A stretch of 64,000 nucleotides of DNA from a virus. Its lineage: Duplodnaviria > Caudoviricetes. Below are positions 51,388-58,106 of this stretch, in pieces. The notes beneath the pieces were generated by a model, which was not told the origin of the DNA, did not search any database, and was given only the letters and a program-made list of their open reading frames with translations. The position numbers and the translations under genes were made by a program. How positions within the stretch are numbered: position 1 is the first letter of the stretch; each line of letters opens with the position of its first letter. The stretch lies in IMG/VR virus record IMGVR_UViG_3300025892_000008; one strand, 5' to 3'.

Positions 51388-51775
51388 CAAAAACCTCTTC
51401 CTTTAAATAACGTTTTAACTCACCGTCAATGGGTTGTACGTTATAGTTATCTTTGAAAAATATCTCATAACTATCAGAGCCATATTTTCCAATTCCGTAT
51501 AACATTGTAGCATCATTTCCGTCCCAAGTCAAGTAATCTTTTGACATTCTACGTAGCCGGTGTTCACGTACATTAACCATTCCTAATGGTTTAATAATCA
51601 TTTTAATTGTATCTGGCGCAGTATTAATCAAATGTACTGGTGTAGGACAAATACCAAATAACAAAGGTAATACTCTTTTTACTTGTTTACGGTTTGTTTG
51701 ATTAAGACAGATAACACCTACCATGTGTTGCCAAGAGCCATCAATTTGCTGTTGCACCATAAGTTCGTCTTTCAT
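51368..51775 (-). CDS. HhH-GPD DNA glycosylase, MBD4-like
   Basis: WQHMVGVICLNQT, LGMVNVR..RL..MS..YL, LYGIGKYGSDSYEIF. Confidence 0.75.
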   Translation of the reverse strand: MKDELMVQQQIDGSWQHMVGVICLNQTNRKQVKRVLPLLFGICPTPVHLINTAPDTIKMIIKPLGMVNVREHRLRRMSKDYLTWDGNDATMLYGIGKYGSDSYEIFFKDNYNVQPIDGELKRYLKEEVFDVVETA

Positions 51776-51981
51776 CCTAGTGTGACCCAATTACTATGTT
51801 TCGGCTTGAACAAAGAATAAACCTGTTTTACTCTTTTGTTATATTCTTCTTCATTCACCGAAATATTATTTAGGTGTTGTCTCCAAATTCTTTTCATATC
51901 GTCTGAAAGTTTTGGGTTTGCTAGAATTAATTTTAAACTTGCTCTACGCTGAGACTGTTTGATTTCCGAATAAGGTCCCAT
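51772..51981 (-). CDS. Hypothetical protein
   Basis: 69-aa ORF whose stop overlaps the next start. Confidence 0.55.
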   Translation of the reverse strand: MGPYSEIKQSQRRASLKLILANPKLSDDMKRIWRQHLNNISVNEEEYNKRVKQVYSLFKPKHSNWVTLG

Positions 51982-52177
51982 AATTTATTCCTTTCATTGG
52001 ACAATTCTTTCTACTCATTCTTACAATGTGTGGTGTAAGATTATGTAACTTAGTCATATCAATTAGTTTTATACCACGTAAGTTAAACATGAGTGCTTCA
52101 TTAGGTGTAAGAATTCTAATATCGTTCTGAGTTTTTTGCGGTTGAAGTGCATAAACTCTTTCTTCATTAAGATTCAT
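51944..52177 (-). CDS. Hypothetical protein
   Basis: Start coupled to the upstream stop, but a 38-nt overlap with the downstream ORF lowers confidence. Confidence 0.45.
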   Translation of the reverse strand: MNLNEERVYALQPQKTQNDIRILTPNEALMFNLRGIKLIDMTKLHNLTPHIVRMSRKNCPMKGINYGTLFGNQTVSA

Positions 52178-52425
52178 TATACTATTTCCTCAACTATTCC
52201 TAACACTTCTGCTAAAAATAATACTGCTCCACCAAGCATCATTAAAAATCCTGCATCAGCAATAAAAATATCAGTGTACTCGTTTGCTGTCCATAAAATA
52301 TATCCTGCAACAGCCATTAAGCCTGATGCTATAAATCTAAATATACTTTTTACAATACTAACTGCAAAGTGTCCTAAGCCGGGATCTTTAGCCGCAGGAA
52401 CAAATACTCTTTCTGGAATAGGCAT
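52177..52425 (-). CDS. Small membrane protein
   Basis: Two hydrophobic segments; GGAGG SD. Confidence 0.7.
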   Translation of the reverse strand: MPIPERVFVPAAKDPGLGHFAVSIVKSIFRFIASGLMAVAGYILWTANEYTDIFIADAGFLMMLGGAVLFLAEVLGIVEEIV

Positions 52426-52607
52426 TATTTTACCTCCACAAGTGGATCACTTAAAAAACTATCATGGTAGTCACCACTTTTATGAAACTGCCTGATTGAA
52501 GTCTCCTTAATCAGGTGCCCATTCTTTATAGTATACGTAACATATTCTGCTTTGATCATACCTTCCGTGCTTCTGTTGATATGTTCAGTCATAGGTCCAT
52601 CTTTCAT
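52425..52607 (-). CDS. Hypothetical protein
   Basis: 60 aa, AGGAG SD. Confidence 0.65.
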   Translation of the reverse strand: MKDGPMTEHINRSTEGMIKAEYVTYTIKNGHLIKETSIRQFHKSGDYHDSFLSDPLVEVK

Positions 52608-52617
52608 TTATATCTCC

Positions 52618-53307
52618 TTATTGATTACAAGCATATGATTGTTGAAGTTTAATGTTATCCATAAACTCTTTCTTAGTAGCCGCATCGTCTTTGAATGCAC
52701 CTTTAAGAACAGTTGTTTGTGTAAGACTACTGTGTGCCTTAACACCCCTATTCTCAACACAACCGTGTGTTGCTTGTATATACACACCTAAGTGTTCTGC
52801 ACCTGTTGCTTTTTGTATTTCACGGGTAATATCATTTGCAAGTTCTTCTTGCAATGTACCACGTTCAGCACACCATTGTGCAATACGTGTATACTTAGAC
52901 AAGCCAATTAGTTTGTCTGCGGCAATTATACCAATGTATGCTACGCCTCTTACAATCTGATGATGATGTGAACACATACTTGTTAGTTCTGAACGTACTA
53001 CTAGCATACCTTCATAACGTGAAGCACTGTCATTTGGAAATGCTGTTGCACTAGGAATAGGATCATAACGTCCTGCCATTAGTTCATTGATATACATCTT
53101 TGCAAGACGTTTACCAGTTCCCATACTGTTAGGGTCATTATGCCTGTCAATTACAAGTGCATCTAGTACACCTTCAAACTTCTCGGCGGCTTCGTTGATA
53201 AGTTGTTCTTTTTCGCCTTCAAAAATAAAGTCACTGATATTGTCACCTGCCCAATATCTATTTTCTGTATCTTGTAAGCGTTTTGCTATTTCTTCGTATT
53301 TCTTCAA
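52618..53307 (-). CDS. folE: GTP cyclohydrolase I
   Basis: TGKRLAKMY, SMCSHHH, IGLSKYTRIAQW, LQEEL, ATHGCVENRGV. TTG start with a GGAG SD. Confidence 0.92.
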   Translation of the reverse strand: MKKYEEIAKRLQDTENRYWAGDNISDFIFEGEKEQLINEAAEKFEGVLDALVIDRHNDPNSMGTGKRLAKMYINELMAGRYDPIPSATAFPNDSASRYEGMLVVRSELTSMCSHHHQIVRGVAYIGIIAADKLIGLSKYTRIAQWCAERGTLQEELANDITREIQKATGAEHLGVYIQATHGCVENRGVKAHSSLTQTTVLKGAFKDDAATKKEFMDNIKLQQSYACNQ

Positions 53308-53346
53308 TTTAATCTCCGATGTTAACGCAGTGGATTGCGTATAGTA

Positions 53347-54387
53347 TTAATGTAACACGTCTAGTAAACCTTTGCAACTAAAATAATCTCCATTCAGTTT
53401 GTTTACTTGTTTATTTAGGTCTGGAAGATAGTTTTTATAATTTTCCATGTATTCTGTAATAAGATTCATTACTTTGGGTTTGTTCTTTTTATATGAATCT
53501 AATGAATCTGTCCATTCACTTGGATATTTAAACTTAGGTAATGCCATTTCAGAATAACTTAACCTATCTGGAACCATTGGAATTGCACCAACAATTGCAC
53601 CTTCATACCAACTTATACCTAGTGTTTCTTGTAAGTTGGCACTAAACACAATTTTTGCTTCTCCTAGTAAGTTGTGATATTCGTTCTTTGAAAGATCTCG
53701 TTCTTGACAAACCACAAAGTTATATTGTGGTAATGCTTCTTTCAAGTCTTGGAATATTGATAGTTGTTTTTCAGGAGCAATCCTGTGTGGGAATAATATA
53801 GTATCCTTTTTAGGCATTCCTTTATACATTGTAAGTGTATCTTCCATGTATTCAAAAGGCCAACCTGTTCTTACTATTTTTTGTTTATCTAAATCAGGAA
53901 AGGCTTTAAAGAACATAAGAATATGGAATTCACTTGCAAAGAAATTATGATCAAAACATTCATACATACTTCTTTCAGCATTTCTTACCCAAGGCTTATC
54001 GCCAATTATCCTACCAAGAAAATCAGCAGGATCGTAACTGCCAGCATGCCATAACCCACCAATTCTGATCTTAACATTAAGTAGCTCAGCCATGTATTTA
54101 AGTTGTATAACAGACGGGTTCCAAGCATCTGTATATAGGAAATAATCCCCATCCTTTACTTCTCCTTTGCAAAATGCATCAGCAATCTGCATCAATTGAT
54201 TTGATTTGTAAACATTAGTCCCACCAAAGTTGAGGAACGCACCAGGTGTTGTTGCCTGTGGCGTATCCCCTCCATTGACTACTCGCACTTTATGGCCGTG
54301 AGCTTCTAGCAGTTTAGGAAACTTTGTTTTCCACTGTTTAGTGTATCGTGTTTCTACTGCTTCAAGATCAACTAGCCAAATATTCAT
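53347..54387 (-). CDS. GT-B glycosyltransferase (GT4-like) inside the deazaguanine cluster
   Basis: LFPHRIAPEK, EX7E motif ETLGISWYE, GAIPMVPDRLSYSE. Confidence 0.75.
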   Translation of the reverse strand: MNIWLVDLEAVETRYTKQWKTKFPKLLEAHGHKVRVVNGGDTPQATTPGAFLNFGGTNVYKSNQLMQIADAFCKGEVKDGDYFLYTDAWNPSVIQLKYMAELLNVKIRIGGLWHAGSYDPADFLGRIIGDKPWVRNAERSMYECFDHNFFASEFHILMFFKAFPDLDKQKIVRTGWPFEYMEDTLTMYKGMPKKDTILFPHRIAPEKQLSIFQDLKEALPQYNFVVCQERDLSKNEYHNLLGEAKIVFSANLQETLGISWYEGAIVGAIPMVPDRLSYSEMALPKFKYPSEWTDSLDSYKKNKPKVMNLITEYMENYKNYLPDLNKQVNKLNGDYFSCKGLLDVLH

Positions 54388-54590
54388 CTGCGCTTACTCC
54401 TTTTATCTTTAAATTTCCGATTACCTTTACTAAATGCTCTCCATACATAACTAGAGTTATTATAGAGATCCTTTTCATGAAAAGGATAAAAGTTACCACG
54501 GTTGTCACTGTTAAAGCGACAAAAATTTTTGAATTGTTCAAGATCGTTAAAAACCTTATCGTAGGCTCTACGATTGAATTGAATCGCCAT
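54384..54590 (-). CDS. Hypothetical protein
   Basis: 68 aa with a GAGG SD; basic C-terminus. Confidence 0.65.
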   Translation of the reverse strand: MAIQFNRRAYDKVFNDLEQFKNFCRFNSDNRGNFYPFHEKDLYNNSSYVWRAFSKGNRKFKDKRSKRR

Positions 54591-54602
54591 TTTAATAATC
54601 CT

Positions 54603-55043
54603 CTATCTAGCATACTCAATGTGGGCACCGTTTTCTCCATCTTCACTTACGTCAATATGGACTTCACGGCCTGGGTGTTTAGCAATAATTTGTTCATATA
54701 AATCATCACTCATCATTTCACAACTTTTATAATCTAATTCAATTGTCTTCTCCTCATACAGTTTCTCAAGCCAACGCTTGAATTGGATGAATTCAATATC
54801 TCTGTCGTTGTGTGTAACAGTGATACCTACCTTAAAATGAAATATGTGTCTATGGGGATAACCCAAAAAACTAACATCATATTCATCTCCTGTTGCAAGA
54901 CTAGGATCATCTAGTGCCGCAGGATACTTATGGATACCTTCTTTAGTAAAGGTTACCCAAATCATTCGTTTTGCTGTAGACATAATGCGTCTATGATTGT
55001 CTTCTGCTGTTGCTTCTTTTATCATTGTTTCCATTGTACTCAT
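54603..55043 (-). CDS. QueD-like T-fold protein with LxxxHRHxF motif (DpdL-like candidate)
   Basis: FLGYPHRHIFHF, HNDRDIEFIQFK, KSCEMMSDDL, VSEDGENGA. Lacks the CxxxHGH motif of canonical QueD. True start may be 55034 or 55025. Confidence 0.75.
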   Translation of the reverse strand: MSTMETMIKEATAEDNHRRIMSTAKRMIWVTFTKEGIHKYPAALDDPSLATGDEYDVSFLGYPHRHIFHFKVGITVTHNDRDIEFIQFKRWLEKLYEEKTIELDYKSCEMMSDDLYEQIIAKHPGREVHIDVSEDGENGAHIEYAR

Positions 55044-55072
55044 AGTATACTACCTTTTTGTTCTGTTGTCAA
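55044..55072 (-). promoter_or_regulatory. Sigma70 promoter for the QueD-like/GT/folE unit
   Basis: TTGACA (55072-55067), 17-nt spacer, TATACT (55049-55044). Confidence 0.8.
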
Positions 55073-55073
55073 G

Positions 55074-55577
55074 TTAGTCTTTAATATCATCATCGCCATA
55101 TTTGCTCCAATCCGTAAACTTATTGCGTTGTAATAGTGGATGAATATTGTGTACCCATACACCCGGATTAGAATGATCAAAGTCTGCATCATCAATCTTA
55201 ATACAAGCATTGTAGTTAAGTTGATTTACGTATGGCAGTTTAACACTAATCATACTAATAAAGTTATGATTCTCATTAAACCCACTTTCAAGTATCCATT
55301 CATGATACTTTACATCATAGTCTAATGTAACTAAAAATTTCTTATTAAGTAGGCCTTGTACAAGATCTTCCCAACTTTCTTTTGGAACAAAACTGTGATT
55401 AGCACCTAAGTAAATATGGTCAACTGTGTGTTCTTTTGCTTTTGCAAGAACATCTTCTAATGGTTGACATCCTGTTACAAACAGTGTATGCATTTCATAA
55501 GCAGGAGTTTTCTCTACTTCATATCCTGTAAAGTAAGTAACATCTTCTTTTACACCATCTGCATATTCTCGTTTCAT
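55074..55577 (-). CDS. Hypothetical protein between the dpdA-like and queD-like genes
   Basis: 167 aa; ATGA overlap with the upstream ORF. Confidence 0.75.
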   Translation of the reverse strand: MKREYADGVKEDVTYFTGYEVEKTPAYEMHTLFVTGCQPLEDVLAKAKEHTVDHIYLGANHSFVPKESWEDLVQGLLNKKFLVTLDYDVKYHEWILESGFNENHNFISMISVKLPYVNQLNYNACIKIDDADFDHSNPGVWVHNIHPLLQRNKFTDWSKYGDDDIKD

Positions 55578-55753
55578 TCAGCGTTTACCTTTTCTAACCT
55601 ATCAATTTGGTCTTTCATTTTTAATCGACTACGTTTCATTTCAGATATTTCTTCATCTGCAAACCTACCGGTTTTTTCCATAGTATCAATTTTTTTATTT
55701 AGGAAATTGTGTGTTTCTTTTAAAACTTTTAGTCTCTGAGTGTAGTCACCCAT
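55574..55753 (-). CDS. Small coiled-coil protein, DUF465/YdcH-like (59 aa, absent from the ORF track)
   Basis: MGDYTQRLKVLKETHNFLNKKIDTMEKTGRFADEEISEMKRSRLKMKDQIDRLEKVNAE; LxxxHxxLxxxI...KxxRLxxKDxI pattern. Confidence 0.7.
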   Translation of the reverse strand: MGDYTQRLKVLKETHNFLNKKIDTMEKTGRFADEEISEMKRSRLKMKDQIDRLEKVNAE

Positions 55754-55754
55754 T

Positions 55755-57302
55755 TTACGCCTCCTGTAGTTGTTGCTCTAGTTTATCTAGTTCACCATCT
55801 TCTCTATCATCTGCCCAAGGTGTTTTTTCTTCACCTTCTTCGTCTACTTCTACAAACATTCTGTTAAACTCATTGGTAACACCACCACGTAGTCTTGCAC
55901 CTTCTAAGTTTTTAAGGAAACTGTCACCTTCTTTAATCATAGCAAACGCTGCTTCTTTAGTAGGCTGTTCGAACAGTTCTTCGACAAATTTATCAAAGTA
56001 TAAAATGTTACGCGGCACCCAATCAGAATATTCATCACTCTTATCTGCTTCTTTTACTTTTCTCCAACTTCTCCAGTCTGGACGATCCTTTGCCAATTCA
56101 ATATCTGTTAAGTTGTTAGCACGTTGTACCGCAACAATATGTTGATAAACGTTATGTGCCATCATTAGTGCATAACCAAAACTATCCCAAGATGTTTTAC
56201 CTTCTTTACCAATCTTGTTTAACATACCTGGAGCATAATGACAAATGTCAGCAATGCTTAGTCGTCTACCAATTTCACTTTCGAAAGGAAAAGGAATATC
56301 GTGCCTCTTGGCAAGTGCTTTGTTATCAGGAGCCTTGTCCATTATAACTGACCATCTCTTACTTGTATGCTGGCTGTTAGTGTACACTAGTCCGTGTGCT
56401 GTAGCAATAAAAGGACTTGCACAATCAAAACTAACTGTAAAGTTCTCATTAATGTGTTTTCTAACCTGTCGTTGAATTGAAGTAAGATAACATGACCAAT
56501 CAAGTTGTGCAGTACCTAAGAAGTGCATCCAGTCCTTGCCTTCTAGCATACCATCAAATTTCATAGTCATTATACGTCTTAGTGTAATAGGCATTTTGCA
56601 CATATTAGCGCCACCCATTGCCCAGCCTTCACAAGCCTTGTCTTTCCATATAGCAGGATCGGAGAATTCTTTAACACCTTCGTACCACCTTTCAGCAGTA
56701 TCCCAGTCTGAACCCTGTAATACATTTAAGAACTTAGTTGCACCAAGTCTGCGCTCTAACCAATATTTGTTATTAAATCTTGTTTTTTCTAAACAATCTT
56801 CAAAACTCTTTAGTCCTGTTTTAGGCGAATGAATATGATCACATGCCCAAGTAGGAACGTCAAGTAGCATACTCCAGTCTGCTGTAAGTTCGAGCCAATT
56901 AAGAATATCTTCTCTAACCTTATTAGCAGCAGGACCTTCAAAGTTTAGCCAATCAAATTTAAGAACACCTTTACCAACTTGATAACCACCTGAGTCACCA
57001 AGTATCATAGTGTTGCCACGATCACGTGTTTGCACCATACTGTCTTGATCCATTGTTTTATCAAGATTTAATTGTGCGTGTCCTGCGGAATACAATCCAT
57101 ATTTGTATGTAAAGTATCCTTCTTCTTCATTTAAAAAGTTCATACCTTCGATGCCGCGATCAAAGCCTTGCGGAATACGGTCAGTTGGAACGAACTCTTG
57201 CTTACGTTGTTTAGCAATATAAGTGCTGAAGAAAGAACTAATAGCAGGCAAATACACTGCGTAGTCTTTCTGTAATGGTGTTAAGTTGACTGGTTTTTTC
57301 AT
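55755..57302 (-). CDS. dpdA: TGT-superfamily guanine transglycosylase, DpdA-like (probably DNA-acting)
   Basis: TGT active-site motifs in order: DSGGYQ, MLLDVP, NVLQG, WAMGG, HFLG, SFDC. No CxCxxC zinc site of tRNA TGT. Context of folE, queE and a queD-like gene, next to clamp and polymerase. Confidence 0.75.
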   Translation of the reverse strand: MKKPVNLTPLQKDYAVYLPAISSFFSTYIAKQRKQEFVPTDRIPQGFDRGIEGMNFLNEEEGYFTYKYGLYSAGHAQLNLDKTMDQDSMVQTRDRGNTMILGDSGGYQVGKGVLKFDWLNFEGPAANKVREDILNWLELTADWSMLLDVPTWACDHIHSPKTGLKSFEDCLEKTRFNNKYWLERRLGATKFLNVLQGSDWDTAERWYEGVKEFSDPAIWKDKACEGWAMGGANMCKMPITLRRIMTMKFDGMLEGKDWMHFLGTAQLDWSCYLTSIQRQVRKHINENFTVSFDCASPFIATAHGLVYTNSQHTSKRWSVIMDKAPDNKALAKRHDIPFPFESEIGRRLSIADICHYAPGMLNKIGKEGKTSWDSFGYALMMAHNVYQHIVAVQRANNLTDIELAKDRPDWRSWRKVKEADKSDEYSDWVPRNILYFDKFVEELFEQPTKEAAFAMIKEGDSFLKNLEGARLRGGVTNEFNRMFVEVDEEGEEKTPWADDREDGELDKLEQQLQEA

Positions 57303-57307
57303 AATGT

Positions 57308-57313
57308 TATTTA
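57308..57313 (-). promoter_or_regulatory. TAAATA promoter core, 5 nt before the dpdA-like ATG
   Basis: TAAATA-ACATT-ATG overlapping the clamp stop codon; no SD. Confidence 0.55.
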
Positions 57314-58048
57314 GGCCGCCTGTGCTGGAATGATATATTTGTAATTTGCTAATCCACTATCTAGTGTAATTTGAATAGCACCTTCGTTTGAAATACTCAT
57401 CTTAGTATTATTAACATCAGCAATTTTAAGGATAGCAAGAATACTAGCCACTGGCCAAGTCCAACCTTTATCTAATGTACCTTCAACATTTTGTGCGAAT
57501 ACAAATTCACCACCATGTGTACTTGCATCACCAAAGATAAACTTCAAGTTATTATCTTCAGTTTTTGCTAAGAACGTTGGATGTTCAGGATTAGCGCCTG
57601 CTTGGAAACTAAACCTTTGTACTGCTGGCAAAGTTGGAGTTACCTCAACATTCCAGTTAACACCACGAAACTTAACAGTTTTCATTTTTTCGTTAATAAT
57701 TTCTTGATTCATAAAACGATAGTCGTTTTTAAAATCACCATCAGCATTTTCAAAATGAATACCTACTGGAATAGTAGCACCATTTCTTTCAGCATTTGTA
57801 ATAGTAATTTTTGCATCCTTTTGATATTCAGTACCATCAATTAAGTATTTCAACTTATTAAGTTGAGGCATACCAAATGTACCAATCATATCTGGATACG
57901 GGTTATGTGTGTCTGCTTCCATAATAACTGATCTGTCATCAGCCATTGAAAACATTCCTGTCTTATCTTCTTCGCCAGATACCTTAACAGTTGTTAGGAA
58001 ACCTAAGTTCTGTGTGTGGCTGACGATATCTTGTAAAATGTCTTTCAT
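57311..58048 (-). CDS. DNA sliding clamp (gp45/PCNA-like)
   Basis: 245 aa, two-domain size, ends AIQITLDSGLANYKYIIPA as PCNA-fold clamps do; adjacent to PolB. Confidence 0.7.
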   Translation of the reverse strand: MKDILQDIVSHTQNLGFLTTVKVSGEEDKTGMFSMADDRSVIMEADTHNPYPDMIGTFGMPQLNKLKYLIDGTEYQKDAKITITNAERNGATIPVGIHFENADGDFKNDYRFMNQEIINEKMKTVKFRGVNWNVEVTPTLPAVQRFSFQAGANPEHPTFLAKTEDNNLKFIFGDASTHGGEFVFAQNVEGTLDKGWTWPVASILAILKIADVNNTKMSISNEGAIQITLDSGLANYKYIIPAQAA

Positions 58049-58069
58049 TGAATTCTCCTATACATTTAC

Positions 58070-58098
58070 ATTATAATTAAGTTTTGTATAAAACGCAA
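58070..58098 (-). promoter_or_regulatory. Sigma70 promoter for the clamp gene
   Basis: TTGCGT, 17-nt spacer, TATAAT (58075-58070); AGGAG SD downstream. Confidence 0.7.
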
Positions 58099-58106
58099 GT
58101 GCTTTT

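Noticed and set aside
53341-53368. Possible sigma70 promoter for folE (TTTACT-16-TACTAT)
   Set aside because: The -35 is weak, the spacing is non-optimal and it overlaps the GT stop region, so support is insufficient.
54603-55043. Calling this canonical queD
   Set aside because: The CxxxHGH motif is absent and LxxxHRHxF is present instead, so it is left as QueD-like/DpdL-like.
55755-57302. Calling this a canonical tRNA-guanine transglycosylase (tgt) for queuosine
   Set aside because: It lacks the zinc-binding CxCxxC, no queA, queF or tRNA genes are in the window, and it sits beside clamp and PolB. A DNA-acting DpdA is preferred but not proven.
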